From Bdellovibrionota bacterium (lineage in GTDB: Bacteria; Bdellovibrionota_G; JALEGL01; DATDPG01): a stretch of 64,000 bases of DNA. A model generated the notes under the pieces. It ran no database searches, was not told the DNA's origin, and was given only the letters and a program-made list of their open reading frames with translations. The position numbers were made by a program, and so were the translations under genes. This document shows positions 27,597 through 36,995 of the stretch, piece after piece. The stretch lies in the NCBI GenBank assembly GCA_963668355.1, contig OY764265.1, positions 832,001-896,000 of the forward strand. The letters are read 5' to 3'. Positions within the stretch are counted from its first letter, which is position 1. Each line of letters starts with the position of its first letter.

Positions 27597-27673
27597 TCTT
27601 AAGGTGCCAGTAACTATGCCTTAACCCTTCTCACGAGGGAGGGTGACAAAACTCTTTTTGAGAGGAGAGATGA

Positions 27674-28609
27674 ATGTTTAAAAACTTATTCGCCTTAACC
27701 ACGGCGCTTTTTCTAGTGGTCGGCTTTGTTGGTTGCGGAGGCGACGATGATGAAGATGCAACTCTGGTCTCTGTTAGCGGCGTTGTCTTAGATGTTGATA
27801 CGCTCGAACTCGTTCCCAATGTCTGCGTATTCTTGCTTGATCATGAAGATGACTACATCAGTGAAGCCACAAATGAACAGGGTGAATTCACCGTACAGGT
27901 TCCTCAGGGATCTCCATTCCTACTGGTTGCGGATGATTGTGAAGCACCCATGGCCGATGATACAGGTCGATGGTATCCAACCCTGAACGCGGATATCATT
28001 CACACGCCCACGATCGATGAAAACCAAACGGGTCATCCGATTCACATCAGCTCAAACATCAGCACGTACGATGCCGAGGGAGCTAATCAAGGAGCCAATG
28101 CGGCGTATATGAATTATTTTGAAAATGCGGAGAACGATGCAGATTTCTTCTCGCCCGTCACAAGTCTCCATGGTGATACAAACAATGGTTGGATTTTCTT
28201 GTCCACCTTCTGGGTTGACACGGAGTCGGAAACCTTCTTTGAAGATGGAACCGGACAGACCGGAACGATTGCATCTCCGAATGCCGATGCTTGCCCTGTG
28301 GGTTACTTTGACTTTCCCGATGTTACGGCGGACGGAGAGGCCATTGATGCAACCTTAGGACCCGACATTCTTCAGGCTGGCGGTGGAACGGGAACCGATG
28401 AAACGTATGCGTTCATCACGTTCTGCAGTGACGAGCTCACGGGAACCAGCGTGGACCTCACGCTCGACTCTCCCAACCACACACCCACATCGGTAACGTA
28501 CGAGGACCTACCCGTACGACCTCATATGTGCACACTTCTCTTCCCATCCTCAATCGATGGTGAGTCTGTGCCCATTAAAGATGTGTTAACTCTCTTTGAG
28601 GTTTTGTAA
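27674..28609 (+). CDS. Acidic lipoprotein with a carboxypeptidase-regulatory-like N-terminal domain
   Basis: Lipobox FVG-C, then GGDDDEDA; VSGVVLD...ATNEQGEFTV; strong SD GAGGAG. Confidence 0.7.
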   Translation: MFKNLFALTTALFLVVGFVGCGGDDDEDATLVSVSGVVLDVDTLELVPNVCVFLLDHEDDYISEATNEQGEFTVQVPQGSPFLLVADDCEAPMADDTGRWYPTLNADIIHTPTIDENQTGHPIHISSNISTYDAEGANQGANAAYMNYFENAENDADFFSPVTSLHGDTNNGWIFLSTFWVDTESETFFEDGTGQTGTIASPNADACPVGYFDFPDVTADGEAIDATLGPDILQAGGGTGTDETYAFITFCSDELTGTSVDLTLDSPNHTPTSVTYEDLPVRPHMCTLLFPSSIDGESVPIKDVLTLFEVL

Positions 28610-28615
28610 AAAGCA

Positions 28616-29575
28616 GTGTCTACAAGACTCAACTCAACAGGCAGCGCGTTTTCGCGCTGCCTGTTTCTTTTTTTTCTAGCCATAACTTTTCTCAGCAAAG
28701 ACGCATACGCCGGAGCCTGGGTTCAAGATCCCTACAATTTCATGGTCATGACGTCCGTGGGACTTTTCAACTCCGACAAGAATTACAATCGATTTGGAGA
28801 TGAAGCTTCCAATGCATTGAGAGAAAATCCTGATTTGGCGTTCAGTCCTCCACGCCCCGCGAATTACAAACAGTACGATGGCACACTCTATATGGAATAT
28901 GGCCTACCGTACGATTTGGAAATCGACATCTCTTTTCCGTTTTACACACGAAACACGCTCTCGGCTGATTTCGGCTCATTCTCCACAGAGGGAATCTCGG
29001 ACATGACCGTGGGCTTAAAAGCCTTGTGGTTCTGGAGGGAGTGGTTTTTAAGTTCGATTCTCTTTGAGGTGGGAATTCCCCTGGGCGATGACAGTGCTGT
29101 CGGGACATCGGGAACACTGGCCCCACAGGAAATGCCCATCGGAGATGGTGAATGGGATTATGCAATTCGCCTGATCGGAAGCAAAGGCTTTCAGACGCTT
29201 CCCATTTACCTCACGGGAGACATCGGCTACCGCTTTCGAAACATTGCCCGAGGATCGGACGATATCCCATGGACCGCCGAAGCCGGTTATAGTTTTTATT
29301 TTCCAGGAAAATGGTTTTCATTCATCACCCCCTTCATCAACTTTTCAGGGATGTTGAGCTTGGGCGAAGTCAATGACCAAGACGCCTTGGTGTTGGTGCT
29401 TTCTCAAACGTTGACAGGAGCCTCTCCCAATGAAGAAGTCATTGAATTCCGACCGGGTGTGTTTGTGGGAATCTGGGACAAACTTTCATTCGGCGTCAAC
29501 TACTTGCAAACCTTGCAAGGAAAGAACACCGGTGCTGGATGGGGACTCCGTGCAGGCCTCATGTGGCAGAATTGA
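28616..29575 (+). CDS. Outer-membrane beta-barrel/transporter-like protein
   Basis: Signal peptide AYA-GAW; LYMEYGL, GISDMTVGLK, PIGDGEWD, GYRFR, C-terminal GLRAGLMWQN. Confidence 0.65.
   Translation: MSTRLNSTGSAFSRCLFLFFLAITFLSKDAYAGAWVQDPYNFMVMTSVGLFNSDKNYNRFGDEASNALRENPDLAFSPPRPANYKQYDGTLYMEYGLPYDLEIDISFPFYTRNTLSADFGSFSTEGISDMTVGLKALWFWREWFLSSILFEVGIPLGDDSAVGTSGTLAPQEMPIGDGEWDYAIRLIGSKGFQTLPIYLTGDIGYRFRNIARGSDDIPWTAEAGYSFYFPGKWFSFITPFINFSGMLSLGEVNDQDALVLVLSQTLTGASPNEEVIEFRPGVFVGIWDKLSFGVNYLQTLQGKNTGAGWGLRAGLMWQN
28636..28675 (+). terminator. Intrinsic terminator-like hairpin inside the 5' end of the next CDS
   Basis: AACAGGCAGCGCG-tttt-CGCGCTGCCTGTT followed by TCTTTTTTTT. Confidence 0.7.
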
Positions 29576-29582
29576 GGGCTTG

Positions 29583-30752
29583 ATGACATCACGCATATTG
29601 AAAATAAGCTTTTTTTCCTTTCTTGGCTTGATTCTGCTTCCAGCATTTTTGGCTCATGCCCAAGCCCCTACCTCTCAACCTTCCATCAAAAAGGGAGCCG
29701 GAATCACATCCATTTATTGTGGAGATCCTTGGAAACAAGGCGAAGGACAAGAAGCGGAATGCACGATTCAAACGGGCATGACCACCTGGACGTTTCGATA
29801 CTATTTGGAAGGAGACACACGCCTCACGCTGAAAGGGAGAGTCAAAAATTTACTGGTTCTTTTCCACCCGGATGGCTTTAACCATTTGGCCCGCGATTGG
29901 TGGGGCGCGTTGATTGGTCCCGAAAAGGCCATCGACACCGAAAGATACATGATTCTTTCCATTGGAAATCCAGCTGACGGCAATCCGCCCAAAACCGGAA
30001 ATCCGATTTTTCTCACGATGGATGAAATTTTGGCCGCCCAAAAGGCCGTGATTGATTATTTATTTCACCGAAGAACCGACTTCATCGTCGCCGGACCTTC
30101 TTCGGGTGGAATCAATGCGTTTCTGTATGCCATCAAATACCCCGATGACATTAAAAAAGCCTTTTTGGTCACGGCTCACCCTCTTTATCCCGAAGGCAAG
30201 GGAGAAGATGTTGAGCAGTTGATGGAAAAGCTTCAACGAACGGAAATGCAAAAGGGAATTTATCAAAACTGGGATCGCGCCACTAAAATTGAATTTTGGC
30301 GAACGCAAAGCATTGCGGATGTTGAAACGGGATTAAGCGAAGCCTTTTTTCAAAAGGCCAGCAATATGAAAGATGTGGGTTTGGATCCAAAGGATTTCAA
30401 AAACGCCGAGCAATTCAAGAAGACTCTGATCCAAAGTTGGGCCGAAGGATATGCCGACTCTCTGGATCCGAGTTGGTTGGGGGCCATTTCCGGAGCTTTG
30501 GATGAGGGGATGAAAGCCGTAAAGCCTGAGGACTACAAAAATCTCCCCAAAGATATGTTGGTCGTCTACAACAAACTCGATCTCACATTCAAACCAGAAC
30601 ATGTGGAAAAGTTTGGAACTCTGGTAAAAAAAGAACGTCGAGGATCGCGCATCAAATTGGTGGAGGTGGAAGACGATCAAGGACATAGCGTATGTTGTTC
30701 TCTGAGGCTTCCCAAAACGATGCCTGAAGCCATCGCCGAATTTCTTGACTGA
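29583..30752 (+). CDS. Secreted alpha/beta-hydrolase, homoserine O-acetyltransferase-like fold
   Basis: Start moved to ATG 29583; signal peptide (AHA-Q); WWGALIGPEKAIDTERY, GPSSGG elbow, DLTF, QGH. Confidence 0.7.
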   Translation: MTSRILKISFFSFLGLILLPAFLAHAQAPTSQPSIKKGAGITSIYCGDPWKQGEGQEAECTIQTGMTTWTFRYYLEGDTRLTLKGRVKNLLVLFHPDGFNHLARDWWGALIGPEKAIDTERYMILSIGNPADGNPPKTGNPIFLTMDEILAAQKAVIDYLFHRRTDFIVAGPSSGGINAFLYAIKYPDDIKKAFLVTAHPLYPEGKGEDVEQLMEKLQRTEMQKGIYQNWDRATKIEFWRTQSIADVETGLSEAFFQKASNMKDVGLDPKDFKNAEQFKKTLIQSWAEGYADSLDPSWLGAISGALDEGMKAVKPEDYKNLPKDMLVVYNKLDLTFKPEHVEKFGTLVKKERRGSRIKLVEVEDDQGHSVCCSLRLPKTMPEAIAEFLD

Positions 30753-31783
30753 TGTCAGGTCCATTTTCTTTCGAAGTTATTGAGAGCCTTTCGAAAATAG
30801 AGGCCATCCAAACCCAATGGGATCAGTTGCTTCTTCAATCCACCTGCTATCGCCCCTTCCTCTCAGCGTCCTGGTTCATCCAGGCCTGCAAGATATTCGA
30901 CCATCCTCCAAAGGTGTTTCTGGCCAAGAATTCGAACGAAGACGTCGTCGGCATTTTGCCTTTGGCCCTTGCCGCTGAGAATTCGGAAGGCCAGAAAAGC
31001 TATTGTTTCCCTGAAATTCACTTGGCCGACGCAACGGACATCCTTGTTTCTAAGGGCCAGGAAAAAATATCTGCAGAGCTACTTCGCTTTGCCATCGAAG
31101 ATTCTCCAACTTCCTGCGTTCTTTTTTTTCGAGACATCGAGAAAAAATCGAATCTTCTTCGCGGAGCGATTCAATTGGGAAAATCGGATTTTGATTTTGA
31201 CTACGAAATCGACGTTCGATTGCCTGTGCCCTGGGTCGACTCCTCCGGTGGATGGGAGGCCTATCGAGATGCCAAAAGCACGAACTTTCGAAAAGATGTG
31301 AAACGTACATTTGCGAAGCTCGAACGCGCCGGATTCACTTTTTCAGGGACCACTACGCAACAAATTTCACCTCAAGACATCGTGGAGCAATACCTCACCC
31401 TTCATCTCAATAGCTTTTCAGGAAGCTCTCATTTCCAGGAACCTGAAGTTCAAAACTTCTGCCGAACCGTTTTTCCGTCGTTGATTGAAAACGGACACTT
31501 GCTCGTATGGACCTGCAAGAAAGAGGGAAAAATCGTCGGAATTTACCTGGATGCGGCGGGGCCCGAAAAGCGAAGAATGGCCTACCAACTTGGATACGAC
31601 CCCACGTTCAAAGACATGGGAATTGGAAAAGCGCTTTGCCTTTACGCAGTACAACAGGCTTGCTCTCAAAAAATCGACGTTTACAGCTTGGGGCGTACCA
31701 CAAACCTCATGAAAGAACGAATCCAAACAGATGTGGCCTCAGGTTTTACGTTCAAGGCCATGGGCAAGAAAGAAACCCTTTAG
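30752..31783 (+). CDS. GNAT acetyltransferase (CelD/BcsL-like)
   Basis: WDQLL..PFLSASW, VGILPL, WEAY...NFRKDVKR, YQLGYDP...GIG. Confidence 0.8.
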   Translation: MSGPFSFEVIESLSKIEAIQTQWDQLLLQSTCYRPFLSASWFIQACKIFDHPPKVFLAKNSNEDVVGILPLALAAENSEGQKSYCFPEIHLADATDILVSKGQEKISAELLRFAIEDSPTSCVLFFRDIEKKSNLLRGAIQLGKSDFDFDYEIDVRLPVPWVDSSGGWEAYRDAKSTNFRKDVKRTFAKLERAGFTFSGTTTQQISPQDIVEQYLTLHLNSFSGSSHFQEPEVQNFCRTVFPSLIENGHLLVWTCKKEGKIVGIYLDAAGPEKRRMAYQLGYDPTFKDMGIGKALCLYAVQQACSQKIDVYSLGRTTNLMKERIQTDVASGFTFKAMGKKETL

Positions 31784-33456
31784 TTCTGGGTCGACCCCTC
31801 CCGGATCTCGATCATTTGATCAACTTTGACATTTTTTAAGACATCATGAACGCCGCTTGGCCATTTGATCTCCAATCGATCCACATGGTCTGCCGCCCCT
31901 AAGCCAAACAAAGGTCTTGGATCATTGGTTGCCATATAGCCGGATTCGGCACGCACTTCCAAATAGTGCTTTCGCTCTCCCACAAATGCATAGATTTTAG
32001 CTCCAATCCCATCTCGATTGCTTTGAACGCCAATGGGTTTCACGCGAAGCCAATGATTCTCGTTATTGGTTTCATTAATGTATAAATTGGCCATCTCTCC
32101 GGCATCGTTGGTGATCAAATCCATTTTTCCATCATTATTAAAGTCACCGTACGCCATTCCACGACCCAATTTTTTCACATTGAGGTCTCCGCACTCTTTC
32201 GTAACCAATTCAAATTTTCCAAAGCCCTTATTCCAATAGACCTGTCGTTCTTGCCTAGAGGAGACGCTTTCGGAGTAAGCATCAATATAGTCTGCGGGAT
32301 GTCCACTGGTGATCACAATGTCCCTCCAACCATCATTATCAACGTCGATGGAGGAAAGACCGAAAGACACCAAGCGGTGATCTCCTTTTCCGAAACCCGC
32401 TTTGTCCGCCACATCCACAAACTTCATATTCCCTTTGTTCTTGAACAAGGGGTTTTCTTCAAAAATGGAAGTTGTAATGACAGCATCTGGCAATCCATCG
32501 CCATCATAATCATCCACTCCCACGGCCATTCCACCCGTGGCATCTCCATGTTCATCCAGGGCCACGCCGGCTTCCAGACCAACCTCTTTGAAGTTTCCCT
32601 TTCCATCGTTCTTAAACAAAAACTTTGGATAACGATCGTTGGCAATGAGAAAGTCTTGAAAGCCATCATCGTCAAAATCCGAAAAGGCCACGGCGCACCC
32701 TTTTCCTTTTTTGGTGATGCCCGCCTCTTCGGTGATTTCGGTGAATGTTCCGTTTCCGTTATTTCGATAAAGGCTTTGCTCCACGGGGTTATAGTCCAGA
32801 GGGCCAGCAAAAAAATGAAAGCCTTCTCGTTTTGACAAGGCCCCCGCATGAACTTTCTTGTCGGGATCAAAGTCCACATAACGAATCAGCAATAGATCCA
32901 AATCTCCATCATTTTCGATGTCTGCAAACGCAACGTGCGCGATGAAGGGACCCGCTTGGATGATTCCAGCTTCATCGGCGACATCGGTGAACGTTCCATC
33001 GCCATTATTGCGATACAAACGAACAAGGCCAAAATTGGTGACGATTAAATCGGTGTCTCCGTCATTATCATAATCCGAAGCCCCTACACCCAACCCAATT
33101 CCATAGTTTCCGACCCCGGCTGAATCGGTCACATCGGTAAACGTTCCATCTCCGTTGTTCCGATAAAGAATGCTTTTTTTGTTAGCTCCTTGAAGCAAGT
33201 AGATGTCTAAAAAATCGTCATTATTGTAATCGAAGAATCCTACACCCGAACCCACGGAGTCGACGATATTCCGCATTCGGGGGGCTCCCCATGTATGCTT
33301 GAAGACTACGCCCGAATTTTTAGCGACATCACGATAGTAGCATCGTGAACTTTTGGCTTCAGGTGTGATCGCAGATGGCGTGGAACAGCCATATCCAAAC
33401 ACCCCAAAGATCACCAGAGAACTCCCTAAACTCGTCCATTTCAGCCAACCCATCAT
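31780..33456 (-). CDS. CRTAC1-like FG-GAP/VCBS repeat + ASPIC/UnbV lipoprotein
   Basis: Repeated DxDxDGxxD and YRNNGDGTFTDV; C-terminal NHWLRV...SNRDGIGAK...FGLG...IKWPSG; possible lipobox GYG-C. Confidence 0.9.
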   Translation of the reverse strand: MMGWLKWTSLGSSLVIFGVFGYGCSTPSAITPEAKSSRCYYRDVAKNSGVVFKHTWGAPRMRNIVDSVGSGVGFFDYNNDDFLDIYLLQGANKKSILYRNNGDGTFTDVTDSAGVGNYGIGLGVGASDYDNDGDTDLIVTNFGLVRLYRNNGDGTFTDVADEAGIIQAGPFIAHVAFADIENDGDLDLLLIRYVDFDPDKKVHAGALSKREGFHFFAGPLDYNPVEQSLYRNNGNGTFTEITEEAGITKKGKGCAVAFSDFDDDGFQDFLIANDRYPKFLFKNDGKGNFKEVGLEAGVALDEHGDATGGMAVGVDDYDGDGLPDAVITTSIFEENPLFKNKGNMKFVDVADKAGFGKGDHRLVSFGLSSIDVDNDGWRDIVITSGHPADYIDAYSESVSSRQERQVYWNKGFGKFELVTKECGDLNVKKLGRGMAYGDFNNDGKMDLITNDAGEMANLYINETNNENHWLRVKPIGVQSNRDGIGAKIYAFVGERKHYLEVRAESGYMATNDPRPLFGLGAADHVDRLEIKWPSGVHDVLKNVKVDQMIEIREGSTQN

Positions 33457-33565
33457 TCAATCTCCCTTTGATTTTTAATAGTACACCCTCAATTTTGTTT
33501 TCGAAATTCTTCGACCAAAAAATCCCTTCTCACTTGTTCGATTTGGGGCCAAACTGCTCCATGAA

Positions 33566-36500
33566 ATGGAACATCGCAAAACAACCCACTTCCTCACATT
33601 CACACTCTCTCTCATCCTTATGCAGTCAGCGTTTGGAGCCGGGTCAAAAAATTCCTTAAACGCCATTCGCGACCTAGGAACCGCCGAGTTTCAAAACGAG
33701 GAATATTCCAAGGCGGCCAAACATTTCCGAAAAACCCTAAAATTATCGGATGGGTCTCTGCTGGACCAAGTCAATCTGGGACTGAGTGAAACCTTGGCAC
33801 AGCAACACGAAAAAGCCATCTCCACGTTGACGGGTTTGTTAAAAAAACATCCGAACACTCCGCACGCTCATTACCTGCTCGGAATCATTTTTTTAAGACA
33901 AGATCGATACTCAGAGTCGATTCGAGAATTCACCAAACTTCTCAAGATGGACCCACTATGTGCTCCTGCACACTACAACCTAGGAGTCGCGCTCAAGCGA
34001 AATGACCAAATTGAAAAAGCCCAAAGGCATTGGAAAAAAACCGTGGCTTTGAACCCCAAACATGCCTCCGCCTATTTTGCTTTGTTCAATTATTTCAACT
34101 CAAAAAAGGACATAGGCAATGCCAAACGTGCTTACGAGCATTTTCGCAGGATAAAAGACGCCAAAAGAGTTGCCGACAACTCTCGGATGAATATTGAAAA
34201 ATCCAAGTATTTTCAATTGATGCCTTACCCTTGGCCACAACCTCAAAAAAATGACCGGGAAATTGTGGTGTCATTTCTCCCTGAAAAAGACAACTTTGGA
34301 CTCCAAAACCTGAAGGGAAGTCGGGCCATTGCCATGGAAGACTTCGACGATGATGGTTTGGAAGACTTAGTCGTCAACAATACGTTGTGGAGAAGTGTTG
34401 GAAACCGTTGGACCCAACACGGAGAAATTTTCAAATCCACAAGCCAAGCCCTTAACTGCCTGGAGCCCTTTGACTTTAACGGCGACGGCCATCTAGACCT
34501 CGCCATATGCGACGCAAACACAGTTCGCCTTCTAAAGGGAAAGGGCACCCTCTCTTTTGAGGAGCTGCCCAACCAACCCCCTTCCTGTGGACCCGCAGAA
34601 GTTTCTTTTCAACTTCACGCCGTCGACATTGACCACGAAGGAGATTTGGATCTTGTGTTGCTGTGTAGGAATTCAAACAAAGGAGATCGTTTTTTGCTTT
34701 TACGCAACAATGGTGATTCTTCGTTTTCGGATGTTACAAAAGCATCCAAAATTGAGTTGTCCAAAAACTTCCTCCAAAATGTAACTCTGTCTGACTTTGA
34801 TGCCAAAAATGACATTGACCTTCTCTTCTCTCAAAAAAATGGAAACGTTCAGTTCTTCCTGAATCGCCGGGACGGCACGTTTAGGGAATCCACTGCAACA
34901 CATACCGGCATTAAGAAACTCCCCGAAATTCAAGATACGCTACGGGGAGATCTCAATGGGGACAGTCTTCCAGATCTGATCTGGGTTGGCTCCAAGGGAG
35001 AGGTTCTTCCCTGGCTAAACCAAGGAGACACGAAGTTTTTCCAAGATCACTCGTCTTCTTCCATGACCCAAGAAGGCCGATCGATCCTGGCCCACTCCGG
35101 AACCTTGATGGATGTCGATAATGACGGAGACTTAGATTTATTCCTGATTGGATCCAATCCTCAGAAATCTTTGGCGCTATTTCGAAATGAAAACGGAGAA
35201 ACCTGGCGAAACCTTTCACAGGGATTACCTAAGAACCTTCCTGCGTTTGGGCCCGACGCAAACGTGTTTTCCGTCGACATCGACCAGGACGGAGACTTGG
35301 ATCTTCTCTTGAACTCGCCGGGTCAACCCTTCGTGGCTTTGCAAAACAAAGGTGGAAACCAAAATCATTCTCTTCGTCTTCGTTTGCGTGGACGAAAAAA
35401 CAACTCCGATGGTTTCGGTGTCAAAGTATGGATAAAAGATCCTTCTTTTTCCCTTTTCCGTGAATCCTTCAAACGATGGATTCACCTTGGAGTGGGCCCA
35501 AGAAAAGTAGTTGAAATTCTGGGTTTGAGATGGCCCACGGGGATCGAACAGAATGAATTTTCGGTCGGCGTTCGCCAAACCAAAACCTCCATGGAGCTAG
35601 CCGAACGACCGGGTTTGGCGGAGTCTTGTCCCTTTCTTTATGCGTTCAATGGCAAAACTTTTGAGTTCATTGGAGACTTCCTCGATACTACGCCGGTTGG
35701 CGTTAGCTTGGCTCCGGGCGAATTGTTTTTTCCCAATCACCGAGAAGCTCTATTGATTGAAGGGAGTCAATTGAAGCCCACCACCGACGGATGGCTACGA
35801 CTTCAAGTCACACAAGAACTCGCCGAACTCACACATTTGGATCGTGTAGACCTCTTCGCCATTGATCATCCCGTGGGTAGCAAGATTATTCCCAATGATC
35901 GTTTTTCAGGCCCACCATTTGCCCCATTTCGAATTCATCACGTGAGCCACCCGATTTATGCCAAAGAGGCGAGAGATCACCGGGGAAAACCCGTAGGTCA
36001 AAGCTTGCTCCAAACCGATCGGAAATACGCCTTACCCATGCCTTATCCAGACAAACGATATCCGGGTCTCACACAAAAATGGGAACTCATTCTTGAAACT
36101 CCCCCCATCCAAGAACAGGAAGAATTGTGGTTATTCCTGCGAGGTTCAACGCTTTGGACGGATGCAAGCGTTAACCACGCTGTGGCTCAAAATCCCAATG
36201 TTCACATTCTTCCGATTTCTTTGGACATTCAAAGATCGAATCAAACGTGGAAACGCGTCAGAGAAGATGTGGGCGTCCCTGCAGGAATCAACAAATTCCT
36301 TCCCGTCCGCTTAACAGACTTAGTTCGCCCTTCAGGTCAAACCATCCGACTCTCATCCACCATGGCCATTCTTTGGGACGAAGCCTTCTTTGCCAAGGGA
36401 AGTACAAAGAACGAACACCATCGGATCCACTCCATGTTGCCTCTTCAAGCCAGCCTTCATCCACGAGGTTTTTCAGAGCTATACAGTCCGGACGAACAAC

Positions 36501-36919
36501 TCCCCGACCTCTATGACTATGACCGCTTGCAAAAGAAACAACCCTTTCGAGTTGTTCAGGCCGGACACTACACCAAGTTTGGAGACGTAAAGGACCTCCT
36601 TCTTAAACATGACGACGAATACGTGACCCTGGCTCCCGGAGACGAATTGACCCTGGATTTCCCAGCTCACGACCTTCCTCCCCTGAAAACGGGCTGGCAA
36701 AGGGATTATATTTTTGAAGCCAAGGGATTCATCAAAGACGCCGAGTGGCGAACAGCTCATGCCGAAGAAGTCGAACCTCTTCCCTATCGGGACATGACCT
36801 CATACCCTCCCCCCCCAGGAGAAGGGTATGATCGGGAGAAACACCGAGAATACTTACAGAATTTCCAAACCCGCCTCTGGCCTCCAGAGGCTTGGTTCGA
36901 GACTGTAAAAAACAACTGA
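33566..36919 (+). CDS. Secreted TPR + FG-GAP repeat + ASPIC/UnbV protein with a C-terminal SCPFLY domain
   Basis: Signal peptide; TPRs (AHYLLG, AHYNLG); DxDxDGDLD repeats; NHSLRLRLRG..NSDGFG; SCPFLYAFNG; GDELTLDF. Confidence 0.85.
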   Translation: MEHRKTTHFLTFTLSLILMQSAFGAGSKNSLNAIRDLGTAEFQNEEYSKAAKHFRKTLKLSDGSLLDQVNLGLSETLAQQHEKAISTLTGLLKKHPNTPHAHYLLGIIFLRQDRYSESIREFTKLLKMDPLCAPAHYNLGVALKRNDQIEKAQRHWKKTVALNPKHASAYFALFNYFNSKKDIGNAKRAYEHFRRIKDAKRVADNSRMNIEKSKYFQLMPYPWPQPQKNDREIVVSFLPEKDNFGLQNLKGSRAIAMEDFDDDGLEDLVVNNTLWRSVGNRWTQHGEIFKSTSQALNCLEPFDFNGDGHLDLAICDANTVRLLKGKGTLSFEELPNQPPSCGPAEVSFQLHAVDIDHEGDLDLVLLCRNSNKGDRFLLLRNNGDSSFSDVTKASKIELSKNFLQNVTLSDFDAKNDIDLLFSQKNGNVQFFLNRRDGTFRESTATHTGIKKLPEIQDTLRGDLNGDSLPDLIWVGSKGEVLPWLNQGDTKFFQDHSSSSMTQEGRSILAHSGTLMDVDNDGDLDLFLIGSNPQKSLALFRNENGETWRNLSQGLPKNLPAFGPDANVFSVDIDQDGDLDLLLNSPGQPFVALQNKGGNQNHSLRLRLRGRKNNSDGFGVKVWIKDPSFSLFRESFKRWIHLGVGPRKVVEILGLRWPTGIEQNEFSVGVRQTKTSMELAERPGLAESCPFLYAFNGKTFEFIGDFLDTTPVGVSLAPGELFFPNHREALLIEGSQLKPTTDGWLRLQVTQELAELTHLDRVDLFAIDHPVGSKIIPNDRFSGPPFAPFRIHHVSHPIYAKEARDHRGKPVGQSLLQTDRKYALPMPYPDKRYPGLTQKWELILETPPIQEQEELWLFLRGSTLWTDASVNHAVAQNPNVHILPISLDIQRSNQTWKRVREDVGVPAGINKFLPVRLTDLVRPSGQTIRLSSTMAILWDEAFFAKGSTKNEHHRIHSMLPLQASLHPRGFSELYSPDEQLPDLYDYDRLQKKQPFRVVQAGHYTKFGDVKDLLLKHDDEYVTLAPGDELTLDFPAHDLPPLKTGWQRDYIFEAKGFIKDAEWRTAHAEEVEPLPYRDMTSYPPPPGEGYDREKHREYLQNFQTRLWPPEAWFETVKNN

Positions 36920-36995
36920 ACACGTTGTCAAAAACAAGCTAACTGTTTATAATAAAACAATTATTGTCCTTTTTTGGGGGGGCCGTTTCAAGACT

